A program made the translations under genes and the position numbers. A DNA stretch of 32,000 bases from Wallemia ichthyophaga EXF-994 (taxonomy: Eukaryota > Fungi > Basidiomycota), in the NCBI RefSeq assembly GCF_000400465.1, contig NW_008806277.1, positions 270,001-302,000 on the forward strand, read 5' to 3'. Below, piece after piece: positions 8,761-23,155 of the stretch; within the stretch, counting starts at the first letter, position 1, and every line of letters begins with the position of its first letter. The notes below the pieces were generated by a model. It had not been told where the DNA came from and searched no databases. It worked only from the letters and a program-made list of their open reading frames with translations.

Positions 8761-10203
8761 CTAATCCAATCTGTCGTCGGGCGTCTCCTCTCTGAAAATT
8801 GGTGTGCTCGGTTTTCTCCTGATTGCACCGTACACTGATAGCACTAGAGCTAATATACACGAGATTGTAGTCAGGTGCAGTGCGGATATGTAGCATCCAC
8901 GTCCTTCGAGACACGTTGATGCAGTTGCTGGCATGTTCAACACACCTTCCAATGCAGAGTATCTTAGTACATCACCTTCAGTTGGTGCGTGATGATCGTA
9001 AATCGCACCAAAAACTAGGTTGAGAATTGGGCCCGCGATAGCCGGTGCCAAACTCATAACACCCCAATTTGATGAGAAATAGTGCAGTCCGAACATTTCT
9101 AAAGTGAGTACCGGTCCGATAGCGAACAAACTACCGTAAGACAAACCGATGAGCGCCGTAGCCCAGCTGAGATGTACAGGGAGCTGGATAGACTGAGCGA
9201 CTACCTGAGAGATGAAGAAGAGGGCAGAAATAATGGCAGCCCACCAAGCTCTATCCAGTTTGTACTTTTTGTACATAAAGTCGGAAGACAAACCAATGAG
9301 TATCCTGCCTGCGCAGTTCATCAGACTTAGCAGACTCACTTGTCTAGCTTGAGCCTGTTCAACGACGACAGAGTCGTAGTGAGGGTGGTGGTAAGCGAAG
9401 AGTGCCTGTACTACAGCACCGACGTTATTGATCCACATGAGTCCTGTTCCGGCCAACAGGGCGATGATAGAGAAGAGAAGCCAGAAGTCGACAGTTTTGA
9501 TGACTGTGATTGGTGATTGTGAGGTCAGAATATCGTCTTGGAGGGAAGATTCCTCGAAGAGTGGTTGTCCCTCGTCGTCATACTGTGTAGACATCTTTTC
9601 TGACTCTGGAGGGACGATCTTGATGAAGAAAGCCCCAAGGAGTACTGAAATGGAGGTTCCAAATGCCAAAGTGAGTAGGAAACCATCTACGTTGCCGGGG
9701 AAAGCCTCGTGGCTGATGAACGAGTAGAAGAAGGCGCTCAGTCCGAATCCAGACAGGACAATCCCAGAAGCCGTTGCTCGGAAGTTTTTGCTGAATGATC
9801 GGGTAGTTGCATTGAGGGATGAGAGGAGTGAACCACTTCCGCCCATACCGGCAGCAATTGAAAGAAGTGAGACATAAACGACAGCAGAATCAGACTGCAC
9901 GTGACCAGTATAGAAAGCGTGTATGCCAAAGTAGCCCGTAAAGAGGAAGACTGAGCTAATCAGAAGAGGAATTCTAAGAGGAAGCCTGTCGATCACGTGA
10001 CCCCAGGCAGGCGCGGAGAAATACACGCCAGCATTACCGCAGCTGGCAATCAAACTGATCTGGGTGTGATTTAAGTCGAGTACCTTTGCCAGCTGCTCGC
10101 CGTAAGCGCTGAAAACGTAATTTGTACCAGCGCCGAGAGCAGTTATGAAGCAGAAAGCGAGAGTGATACAGCGAGAAAAATCTGAAGTGAAGAATGAAAC
10201 CAT
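8761..10203 (-). CDS. MFS transporter (nodulin-like/Mch1-type)
   Basis: Intronless 480-aa ORF with about 12 hydrophobic segments. Motifs GTNYVFSAYGEQL, ATASGIVLSGFGLSAF, DFWLLF...GTGLMWINNVG and GRILIGLSSD. Confidence 0.9.
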   Translation of the reverse strand: MVSFFTSDFSRCITLAFCFITALGAGTNYVFSAYGEQLAKVLDLNHTQISLIASCGNAGVYFSAPAWGHVIDRLPLRIPLLISSVFLFTGYFGIHAFYTGHVQSDSAVVYVSLLSIAAGMGGSGSLLSSLNATTRSFSKNFRATASGIVLSGFGLSAFFYSFISHEAFPGNVDGFLLTLAFGTSISVLLGAFFIKIVPPESEKMSTQYDDEGQPLFEESSLQDDILTSQSPITVIKTVDFWLLFSIIALLAGTGLMWINNVGAVVQALFAYHHPHYDSVVVEQAQARQVSLLSLMNCAGRILIGLSSDFMYKKYKLDRAWWAAIISALFFISQVVAQSIQLPVHLSWATALIGLSYGSLFAIGPVLTLEMFGLHYFSSNWGVMSLAPAIAGPILNLVFGAIYDHHAPTEGDVLRYSALEGVLNMPATASTCLEGRGCYISALHLTTISCILALVLSVYGAIRRKPSTPIFREETPDDRLD

Positions 10204-10278
10204 GTGATAATTTATGTTTATAATTCAGATCCCAATTGTAATTTCCCTTGAATCTGTTCGAAGGAAACGATCACCCAG

Positions 10279-13200
10279 ATGATGCGCGATGTCAGCATAA
10301 ATATCAGCGTAAAATTCACTCAGCCGCGATTAGATGCGCGCGGTCAGCAATTGCCCCCGATTCTCCTAGACGATGGCAATCTCGAGCCGAATATCAACAT
10401 CTCACTCGATGTTCCACACCAAGATGAGGTTTTGGCTAGGAGTGGTACACCTACGCGTGTCCTACAGATGGATGGTGACGATGAGCAGCCTCATTTCCCC
10501 GGTGCTCTGCTGCGTAGTGGGGGAAATGCTCGCACTCTGCAGTATAACAGACACAGCTTCAAATCCAGGGATTTCAAATCAGAGACTGCGCCTTCTTCTT
10601 CTAAGCATATACGTAGCAGTGGCAGTGGCAGTGGCAGCGGCAGCGGGCGCGATAATTCACTCGCAGAGAATGAGATTAAGGATGAAAGTAGGTTCTGCGC
10701 GGTGTGGAGGGTGTATTCATCTCACACGCCTCACCAGACGATAGTAGCTCTAAAGATGATGCTGATGGCTACAGCGACGGCAGCTTGACCCCCATACCCG
10801 ACTCACCACCGCGTAAGAAAGGCAAAGCACGGGTGTCGCACGTGAAACCACTTTCAGATAACGAGGCAGACCAGGGTGGGTATTTGAGAGTCGCTGGCTT
10901 TGCTGGTACGAAAGACACGGTACAGAGCAACTCGAGATCAGATGGCGCTGTACATCGCGCTCCACAGTCACAGTCGCGATCGCAAAGGTCTAAACCAGTC
11001 CATATTCAACCAACTGAATTACAACCAACTGGTCCCTTATACCAAACTCAGCCTCCCAGCGAAACGTCTGGCATTAAGTCCAAGTACATCACCCCTTCTC
11101 GCTTTGAGGAAATATACCTCCAGCGGGCTGAAGAAATGAGATTGGCTCAGCTCGAGCATGTTCGCTTGCAGAAAGCACACGTACAAGCAGATCATTTGGT
11201 TGGGTCGCACAATGGCAACGGCGAAGCTGGTCCATCGCAAAGCAAGAAAGCTAAATTGTCTCAGCCACAGAAGTCTACGCTCAGTTCAAGCAGTAAAACT
11301 CCAATCAATCAATCACCACTGGTGTCTGATGAGATAGACGCGTCAGCTACCTCGAGGCGATCTTCTCTACCTCCACCTGCACATACATCAGAAAACTCTA
11401 CTCTCAACTCAAAGGGAAGGGATGATTCGTTGCAACCAAAGGAGGCACCAGCTTCAGAGTCGCGGAGTTCGAACGTCGCCAACGTTGCTCAAACTACAGA
11501 CGCATTAGCTAGACAACCTTCTCCGAATCGATCAGCAAGCTCTTTCAACAGAATATCCGTCCATTCTCCTCTTGCTGACAGTGAAAAAGACCCTTCAGCT
11601 CCTCAATCAGCTTCTCAATTAAATCCCCATCCGGCTCTTAATTCTACTCTTCCCTCAGCTCCTCCAGACAAAAGCTCTGATTATGGTAAGAGATCATCGA
11701 GTCGCTTGAAGTCAACCGGAATGGATCTCCAGAGTTTGTCAAGCAAAAGAGACTCGATTTATCGCGAAAGATCTCCCGAGACTGAGTCTGCATCAAAGCC
11801 CAAGTCGAAGCCCAAGCCTAAGCCTAAATCGAAGTCTAAAACACCCTCCGGCACACCTAACTCAAATAAGTCGTCGTCGAATGATTCAACGTCGAATGAT
11901 CTACCTAATAAACCACCGAGTGATCTTTCAAATAATGTTTCAAAGCCATCGAATAAAGGTCCTTCTGCTTCATTCGAGAAGATCACACTTCGACTTCCTG
12001 GTCCGTCAAAGAATGGCGAGATGAACGAATCACTGAAAATTCTTAGTAACTCCAACTCGCCGCCAGGACTCTTCGAAAGTAGACCCGAACCTCCTTCATC
12101 TAGCGTAAACGCGCAGAATCAGGCGTCTGCAGGTCCTGCAGATCCCAATCAACCTTCCACCAGCTCAGAGCCACCCAGAACAGACTTTTTGAACCGCAAG
12201 ACTTTTATGTTCAAAACCCAGACTCCAGAATCATATCTTTCACAGACACTGAAGAAGCGCAAGCGGAAATCTGATAAGTTGGCATTGGCGCAGTCGAAAT
12301 TTGCAATTGATGATGGTGCTAATAAGCACGTAAATGATCCAAACAAGCCAGTAAAAGCATTCGAAATGAGCGAGGTGTTCAAGGAAGCCCAAATACTTCA
12401 CCTCTTCGATCCTATACCAAAGCCTTCACTGGAGGAAAATCGTCAGTCATTTCACAATTCTAAACCGGCTCCGAGTCCCATCGAAGAGAATGGATACTCT
12501 CTCCCCGATTATAACTCGTCTTCAATTATACCACCAAGATATGACGGTCGCTTTGCAAACGACTTCAAAGAACAAATAGATCGTAGACTCGAGATATTGG
12601 ATATAGCAAGATACTATCCGAATTTGGTTCCAGTGGCTAATAATCCAATAACGAAAATGGACCTAGTTACATACTTTGATAATATCAGTGTTGAAGGTCT
12701 ACACAGAAACGCAATTACTGTACCCATCTACAAATGTTTCTTTGGTGATGGACGTATGGTTGAAAAGGCACTACACAAGAAGATATTACTCACAGTGACT
12801 GACAGTTGTATGCTCCTGATGGACACTGCGACCACTTTGGCCAAAATATGGAGAGTGATTCCGTTCTACTTGATTAGTGATCTGAAGGTAAGGAAAAATG
12901 AAGATCGTCTTTGAATCGACTAATAATATTCCAGTTACGCGATGACCCTCGTGACTTGCCTTTAATAACGTTCAAGATCGACCCTAGAGATGAGATATCG
13001 CATCACATGAGTACAGCCGAGATATCTTTCGATCCGGGTGAGCTGGGTGGGAGTATGGTGAGCACCAACTAACAACTAAACAGTGCATGAATGGATTTCA
13101 TTCTTTGTTGACAACAAACACCCTTATTTTCATGAAGTTTCGCTCAAAAATTGGGCATACAACATGCGAAGAGTGATAACATTGAAGAACAGACCAATCG

Positions 13201-13637
13201 AACCCTATCCTTTGATAGATGCTGTTAAGTTGTTCGGCAGATGGAGGAATGGCGAGCTGAAAGGAGCGATCAAAAGGATCCACAGTCCAGCAAATAGAGC
13301 ATTCTATACTGGTGCAAAATACGATAGCACTACTCAGGGAATTGATTTTTCAGCGAACAGAGACGAGTACAAGAGGTTTAGGAACACTCAAGCTGCTCAA
13401 GAAGCTGAGATGCAACCAGATAGAACAAGTAGACATTCAATATCTACTGAAAAGTCTGATACGAAGAAGGAAATGGAAATAGAGTGGACAGAACCAGCAC
13501 GCTCACAGCCGCCTAGGACACACGATTCACGCAATACGTATTTGAATGAGATGCTTAATATTAGCGATTCAGAAAGCAACGATCCGACAGTGCAAAAAGC
13601 ATTACCACCAAAGCATAGCAGACATAGTGTAATATAG
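10279..13637 (+). CDS. Large low-complexity, probably nuclear protein of unknown function with a PH-like beta-rich module
   Basis: Three canonical introns (10688-10737, 12888-12934, 13038-13083) join ORFs 10279-10788, 10704-12914 and 13083-13637 in frame, giving 1071 aa. The start could instead be the ATG at 10468 (1008 aa). S/P/K-rich, with a KKRKRK NLS-like motif and a globular-looking segment at about 12700-13200. Confidence 0.75.
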
Positions 13638-13728
13638 ACTTTGTAACAAGAGAATTGTAGTACTTTGAGTGGTTTATTTTCAAATCATTAAGATATATGT
13701 AGTTCGTACCCCTTTAACAAAATCACTC

Positions 13729-14244
13729 ATGTCGTCTGAAGTAGACCTAAACGAGCTGCAGGCGCAAATAAGTTTGTCGCTGGGTACAATACGTGAAATG
13801 ACATCTGGATGGCAGAAGCCGTCGCGCTCAGCTGGCAGTACGTCCATTGCAGCCAGTGCGCCCAAGCAGGACGACTTGACGGAGTGGATGTCGAGGCCCA
13901 GTAGGCTAGGACTAGGAGCGGCACCAGCGCAGACAAGTGTTCCTACTGTTGATGCAAAGCTGCAGCGTAAATTGACACAGAAAACGCCCAAGGATGGCAG
14001 TAAATCTACTAAGAGTGATGGCGAAGACGCCAAAGACAACGCCAACGACGATGAGGACGAGGGATCTAGATATACAAATACATCCGCATCAATGGCCAAC
14101 AAGAAAAAGAGCAGCATCAAGTCTTATCTCGACAAACCACATTCTGCTAAGAAGGCGGTTGTCGGTGTCGATCCCAACGTGCAACTATCTAAGAAACAGC
14201 GTAAGAAGCTCAACAAGAAGCTCAGAGAGCAGCAGCAAAAGTAG
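13729..14244 (+). CDS. Small conserved fungal protein (DUF3245-like; basic C-terminus, possibly nucleolar)
   Basis: Intronless 171 aa from ATG 13729, with an N-terminal helix, an RPSRLGLGA motif, an acidic patch and the tail SKKQRKKLNKK. The family label is from memory and tentative. Confidence 0.6.
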   Translation: MSSEVDLNELQAQISLSLGTIREMTSGWQKPSRSAGSTSIAASAPKQDDLTEWMSRPSRLGLGAAPAQTSVPTVDAKLQRKLTQKTPKDGSKSTKSDGEDAKDNANDDEDEGSRYTNTSASMANKKKSSIKSYLDKPHSAKKAVVGVDPNVQLSKKQRKKLNKKLREQQQK

Positions 14245-14371
14245 TAGCGCTAGTAGCATTAGCAATACCAAGGATATTTATTATAGACTCACTTAACGAG
14301 AATGTACAATACAAGTGATGCAGAATGTACAGTAGATGCATGCATAATTTAGTTACAGAACCATGAATAAA

Positions 14372-15637
14372 TCACAGATAGGTGCTTTCGTCATCTTCCA
14401 TCAACTCCTCTTGGGATTGTTGGAGGTCTTCATTAGGAATTCCGCCCGCTGTAATATCGTCCCTGCGCTCCCTCTGCACTTTCTTGTCGTCAACATCGAT
14501 GGAGTAATCGTCCGGGTTTATTTGTCCGTCATTGACTTGATTTTGTTCGTGATGATCTTGGGGAATAGCTGGTGGCTCTGGCGCGTAGTTAAACACAGAT
14601 CCAAGGGCTACAAAGGGCCAGAAAAGACCAGAGCTATGACTGCTATGTCGTGAGAAGTAGTCGACATCAATACTGATTGCATTTGCGAGAACGACTGCTC
14701 TTTCGTCTAGTGTGAGTGCCCTGCTTCGCTCAGAGTGTCTTACGTGGTTCTGTGAAGAATCAAACTTAACTATATATTGACCGGTATCGGTGAATAGCTC
14801 TCTACCCAAGCCTCCAAAGTTTCTACTGATTGAGGCGCTTACTCGGGAGTTTATGTCGAGAACGCTAAAATCCCATGCCAAGAAAGGTGAGTCAATTGCG
14901 CCAAACTGCTCAAAGTCGCCATTGCGCTGAAGAAACTGGTTGTATCTCCTTCTCAACAAATGCCAGCTCTGTTGAGCCTCGCCAACTAGGACATGATTTT
15001 CCACAGAATACACCCCAATGATAGAATTTATCAAGCTGAAAGGGCGGTGTATACGCAAAACGTGCTGACCATCTTTATCCATGATGAGAAAGTTGAATGG
15101 TCTGTGTGTTCTGAAGAGTTGCCTTCCCAGTTGTCCAAGCAGACTGTCATCCTGTTCGACAAGATATCCGATAGGATTTCCGTGGATATCAAGCATAGCG
15201 TACTTGTTGGACTGTTCGAATCCCACGAATATATTCATCTGAACATTTATTCAGATACACCGCATTGTTATCGTGATGACGAACGACTCACCATTTCCAA
15301 TTGCCGGATAACGACAAGAGAAGGCTGCTCTAAGAGTTTAGAAACACTATTACGCTTATTTAGAATAGCATCAGCATCGTCAGGCACGTTGACGTCTGCT
15401 TTCAGTTCTTGCAGCGTTTCCATCGGCGCAGATCTGTGTTCTTTTGTATAGGAATTGTCTAGTGGAAAATATTCCCTGAAATCGTTCTGCCTGTGTGTTC
15501 TTCCTCGCCTGGCTGGTCGTGCTTGGACAGTGTGAGATGGTAGAGCGTGTGGCATGGGCGAGAGACTCACGCAGCTGCTTGCCATATCTTGAGTAAGCCA
15601 TAGACCTGCGCCCACCGAGTGCCCATTTATTCCACAT
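14372..15637 (-). CDS. Phospholipid scramblase-family protein (Aim25-like, probably mitochondrial)
   Basis: Exon 1 MWNKWALGGRRSMAYSRYGKQL (presequence-like), introns 15570-15522 and one ending at 15239. Spliced motifs LVVIRQLEM|MNIFVGFEQSNKYA, RQLFRTHRPF, WHLLRRRYNQF, RELFTDTGQY and AISIDVDYFSRHS. Confidence 0.9.
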
Positions 15638-15690
15638 GATGGTCGTTTGCGTCGAAAGAGCTCTTATCTCTGTACCACCATCACCTATTA

Positions 15691-17718
<2,028 letters not shown>

Positions 17719-17781
17719 GAAGGTTGTAAAGCTTTGAATGAATCTAAATCTGATTTGATAAGAAAGTATAAAGACATGAAA

Positions 17782-18191
17782 TTAGTTTGAGTTTGAAGGT
17801 GTGTACTTTGGGAGTTCTCCTCTCTGCTCCATTCTACTCTTTGCTTCGTTTGAAGCCCAAGTTTGTATGCTATAGGGAGTGTTAGGTTGTTTAGTGATGC
17901 ACATAATACCCACGTTGAATCTGGCTTGTAATAATAACCAATTCCAGCTGCAGCGATGGCTGCATAGAATCCAAAGTAGTAAATTGGCTCCCAGTTTTCC
18001 CATTTTCTTTTCTGGCCATTTGGGAGTGGCTATAGGTGTGTGTTAAGGTTGTTTGTACTATAATACCTTCTACCCACCTTCTCAGCAAATAGATGGCCAG
18101 TCGGTTCGTGCAAGTGTGGACCGCCACCAGCAAATCTAAGCTGCTGTGACTTGGCCAAAGATTTAAATTGAGTGGATCTTAATCTCAGCAT
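17782..18191 (-). CDS. NADH:ubiquinone oxidoreductase ESSS subunit (NDUFB11 homolog)
   Basis: Presequence MLRLRSTQFKSLAKSQQLRFAGGG and two introns. Spliced: EPTGHLFAEKPLPNGQKRKWENWEPIYYFGFYAAIAAAGIGYYYKPDSTIQTWASNEAKSRME, with a single TM helix and the KPD..I.TWA..EA motif. Confidence 0.88.
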
Positions 18192-18378
18192 TTTAGTTGT
18201 CGTCGTCGTCGCCTTTGTCGCCGTTGAGGTGTAAGAGATCTCTTGTCCTGAACCACGAAATTCAATGAGAGATGAACCTTGAAATTTCAAAGCAATTCAA
18301 AGATTTTCTAGAGCCATTTGACAGGCTTGTAAATTTGAATGAAAATAATCCCACGGCTAGTGCGTGAACTTTGGAAAT

Positions 18379-21300
18379 ATGGGAATCCCACAACAACTCA
18401 CACGCATCACAGGTACAAGCTCTTTACATAGCACAGACGCATCTTCTAGTTCATCCAATCGCAAGAACAAGGAAACTGTCGAAGAAAGATTAGACGCGTT
18501 GATGAAGAAAGCCAATCACAATCAGTCACACTCACAGCCGTCACCGAGTCCTCCACTTGAAACTCCCCCTATCATCACCACAGAATCCTTTAATAGTTCT
18601 TCCACTTGCCTCAAAGACTCCAAATCTACTCACAGCGGCGATAAGTCCGCTATTAAAGTTAAGACCGTCTCCTGGAATATGGCCGATTCCCTCGTTAAAG
18701 GCGATTTAGAAGTTTTATTAGGTCATGTTCCCCCTTTTGTGCCAAATTCTTCCTCCAATCCACACCCTGATCGTCTACCTCAACTTGATTGCGATGATGC
18801 CCATCCTTATCATCTCGTCGTCGTCGCCGGTCAGGAGTGCCCAACCACCTCAAATATCCTCCCGCGTGGCTTCAGCGTTGCTTTACGCGATAAGAATAAG
18901 CGCGATACCAACAATGAATCGAATCTGGATTTGTCTCAGCCACTAGTACAATCTCCTAACATCTCTTCTAATTCTCAGTTTACCCCTAATGAGCAACATA
19001 ACTCCTCTATACAATCTGGCTGGTCTGGTATTCTCGAGCAGTGGTTTTGTCACGGTGCTGGTACTTGTCAGAATCCCGAAATTCCTCCAACTCCCGGCGA
19101 ACTAACCAATAATGAATCCCTTTTAGCCCCTCCTCCTATGGCTGATAAGAAATCTAACACAAGTAATCAATCTTCAAATAGTTCTGTCGGAATGCAGCCT
19201 TCCACTTCCGCTAACTCACAATCTCAACAATCTCAGCAAACTACCCGACCACCAATGATAAAACGTCATTTCTCCAAGTCATCCAGGTTCGAAAAAGACC
19301 TATCTAAGCAGACAAGCTACGGCTCTGGTCCATATGAGTTATTGGTGAAAGAGCGCTTAATGGGCATATACATTGCCGTGTTTGTCTATAAAGGTGCTAA
19401 GCATCTCATTGAAGGGTCTTCAACAGCAGTCGTCACTGCCGGTTTATTAGGCGGTAGACTTGGTAATAAAGGAGCCGTTGGTGCCAGTGTGAAGATTGCT
19501 GATACAAGATTACTCTTTATCAACTCTCATTTGGCAGCACATGAGCATAGACTCGCGGAGCGGTTAGAAAATATGCAAAAGATTCAGCGTAGCTTGGCTG
19601 TTGATACTTTCCTGTCTCCAAATGATCCAAAGAATTCCAAGGAGGACGTCACTGAAAGATTCGACTTTACGTGGATCATGGGTGATCTCAATATGAGAGT
19701 GGATATCACTCGAAAACACGCAGACTGGCTTATAATGAACAAAGACTACAAAGCTGCGTTGGAGTTTGATCAATTGCGCTCTGTTATGAAGGATGGACAG
19801 GGATTTAAAGGATTCAATGAAGCTGAGATTAAATTCCCCCCTACATTCAAATACGATGTTGCAAAGCGTACACGGACATTGCGTCGGAGGTCATGGGATA
19901 ATCGTTCGATGAACAGAACATCAACCCCGGATATGTCAAGACCATCATTGGATTCGACCGCAGAGTTTGTTGAAATTAATGACGATGATCTTTCTTCAAT
20001 TGCTTCTACTTCTAGAAGCGGTCATTCATCTTCAAATACTGCTAAATCTCCATCAATTGCATCTTCTCGCCTGACGTCTGACGCTGATGATGGCAGTGAT
20101 GATGAGGATGACGAAGCTTTGCGTATTGCTGCAATTAATGCATCCCAGCTGGAAGACTCAAAGCTATTTGCCGGTGTTGATGTTGATAAAGCCGTGGAGA
20201 ATGTTAAAGACGCTTTTAGATCGCTTGTGAAACCTATATCTACACCTTCAAATGACAATAATAGTAGCAGAAAAAGTATCGATTCCCGCCAGTCAAGTAA
20301 CAGGCTTAGTGTTGACTTTTCCAAAAGAAGTAGTGTCGTTAGTGATACGGATTCGAGGAGTAATAGTTTAGCTGAATCTAGCATGGAATCATCTCTCAAC
20401 AAGCGTAGAAGTAGTAGTAGCGTTGCGCATGAATCAAAATCTAGTCACAAGCCTCGTAATTTAAGTTTGGATGTCAGTAACTTAAGTGGTTACAGCGGCG
20501 GACCACTTAGTGCTGGTGCATCACCATATAGTCGTCTCTCATTCTCCAGAAAGTTGAGGCATAGTCTAAGAAAATCGTCTCATTCATCTAGTAGCAAGCA
20601 CGATGATGACTTGCGCAATTCAGCAATTGACGAGACTGCTTCGAATGATCCAGAAGAGGATTTGAAGTCGACGTACGACTCATCACCCAAGCAACGTGTA
20701 CCATCGTGGTGTGATCGTATTCTTTGGAGATCTGTGAGTGAATTGTGTCTTGTTCACAAGCGTATGATATTTAACTAACACTTACTCATCTCAGATGCTG
20801 ACATACGAGACTGAGGATATGGACCGGTTACGTAATCGAAAATTCTCAAAATTGGGGAATGCAATCTCTCATGTTCTCCGTCGTCGTTCTTCTTCAAAAG
20901 GGAGCTTGAAAGAGATAGGTAGCAGTCTCAGTATTAGTAATCTCTCAAATCACAACCGTCATAGCCATAGTCACAGCACATCTCAAACACAAGCGCAACA
21001 TTTGCAACCACCACCACCTTCAGAGGAAACAGAAATAGCAAGACCAAAGCTTCAAGCTTCGAGATCTGCCGAAGAGTTGCCCAAGTTTAGTCCGACTAAC
21101 AAAGTAAGCTTTTTGGCAGGCTCATCAAACATTTCTCCAATTAAGAATGAAAGAAAGGAGAAGGAAAAGAACGAGAAGAAGAAGTTTTTCGCTCGTTTCA
21201 GATCAAATTCACTTGGTAATTCCAAGGGAGACGATGTAATAGATCATCCTAGACCGCTCAAAGATATGAAGTCAAGGAAGAGTTTCTCATGGTTGGAAAC

Positions 21301-21739
21301 AACAGCTGGAAGATCTTCACCAGAACTACTATCGCCGGACGAAATGACGGGATCACCATCAATATCACCCAAGAATTTGTCGTTGACGACGAACCTCAGC
21401 GAGCCAAATACAAGTAGTACGAAGGCTAATCAACCACCACCTTCTCATTCTAACGATGGCATGCAAGTATCCAAATGGCTTGTGCATTCTTTTCCTTCGC
21501 TATTCGGAAGTGGAAGCGGTAAACAGCCATCCGGTTTGCTATTCGACAGTGGAATGGATAAAACCAACAGTGATGCTTCAACAGCAGCCCATCAGACACC
21601 CGTGGAGGTAGAGCCACCAAAGCAGAGGGGACAGGTTGATTGTATCAATTATAGCTCCCTCACTGATTACGAAATGAGGAAATTGGAAGGCAGATCAGAC
21701 CACAGACCAGTCTTAGGATCATTCTTAGCGTGGATATAA
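18379..21739 (+). CDS. Inositol polyphosphate 5-phosphatase (IPPc/EEP fold) with large low-complexity insertions
   Basis: One intron (20734-20794), 1099 aa. Motifs VSWNM, GQEC, GNKGAVG, FINSHLAAHE, WIMGDLNMR, PPTFKYD, PSWCDRILW and SDHRPV occur in the expected order. Confidence 0.92.
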
Positions 21740-21802
21740 TAGGTTTTACTTATCTACATTATTTATATGTTGTATGTCGATTAATGTATTTTAACCAGCC
21801 TT

Positions 21803-23146
21803 ATGCTTAGACCGTCAAGTGTGCTATCGAACAGAATGCGTAACTTCAAACTATCACTCATTCAATTAGGTGCAACGACTGCTGATAAGACAAGCAATTT
21901 GAACAGAGCCAGAAACCAAATTCTCGAGGCTTCGAAAGACAACAAGTCTGACGTAGTCGTATTGCCAGTGAGGATACATTGCCCTAGACAGCAGTTTCTG
22001 AGTGGTACTGCAGGAATGTTTCAACAGTCCTTATGGTGTAAAGTACTTTGAGAAATATGCCGAACCAATCCCTCAGCCAGGTCACGCTCACGCTCGGGGT
22101 GAGCTGAGTGAGTCGATAAAGATGCTTAGCGAAGCAGCCAAAGAGGCTAAGGTATTTTTGATTGGTGGATCAATCCCAGAGCGTGAAGAGAGCACTGGTC
22201 GCATATTCAACACGCTCACTGTATACGATGATCATGGTAACCTCGTTGGAAAGCATAGGAAATTACATCTGTTCGATATCAACATTCCTGGCAAAGTATC
22301 TTTCAAGGTGGGTTTATACACTCCAACCATCGAACCATCCCTCCTAATGAAGTAATCACGTTATCAGGAAAGTGAGACGCTCACCGCTGGCTCCGATATT
22401 ACTATCGTTGATAGTCGTGAGTATATCCTCAAATTTGAATCTCAGCTTTGACTTTCTGTAGCATTCGGAAAGATTGGTTTGGGTATCTGCTACGATGTCA
22501 GATTTCCAGAGTGGGTAGTAGTAATATTTCGGTGGCATGACTAACAACTCGACAGAATGGCTATGATAGCAGCGCGCAAAGGTATCAATATGCCTATAAC
22601 AATCATAGTCACACTAACATGGTACTGCTTTGTTTAGGATGCGTTGCAATGATCTACCCTGGTGCTTTCAACACCACAACAGGCCCGTTGCATTGGGAAT
22701 TACTTCAAAGAGCTCGGTAGGTTTTGCCGCAATGTGAAAAGCTATCTCATTTATGTACTCTCAGCGCTGTTGATAACCAAGTTGGTCGATAACACTCACG
22801 TTATACGCTCTCACACTTCCTAGTTCTACGTCGCTATGTGCAGTCCAGCCCGAGACGAAACAGCAGAGTATCATGCAGTGAGTGTAACTATACACGCGTT
22901 ACCCAAATTAATAGGAAATAGTGGGGACACTCAACTGTTGTCAACCCCTCAGGCCAAGTGATAGCAAAGACTGACGAGAATGAATCAATAGTATATGCAG
23001 ATATCGGTTGGTGTTGCTACAATTAAGTGATTCTATGCTAATGATCGATTTCAAATGCAGATGTGGAGCTTCTTGCGAGTATCAGGAGTGGAATTCCATT
23101 ATATTCCCAACGTAGATTCGACGTCTATGATGATATCAGTAAATGA
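21803..23146 (+). CDS. Carbon-nitrogen hydrolase (omega-amidase NIT2/Nit3-like)
   Basis: Nine introns. Catalytic triad Glu (VLP|ECFNSPYG), Lys (HRKLHLFD) and Cys ([10 protein letters not shown]), plus [26 protein letters not shown] and WGHSTVVNP. Stop TGA at 23144-23146. Confidence 0.93.
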
Positions 23147-23155
23147 ATGTCGTTT

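Noticed and set aside
10615-10647. (GGCAGT/C)n hexamer repeat
   Set aside because: An ordinary coding Ser-Gly linker (SSGSGSGSGSG) in the large disordered protein.
14993-15451. 152-aa plus-strand ORF
   Set aside because: Antisense to the scramblase and crosses its intron; no independent support.
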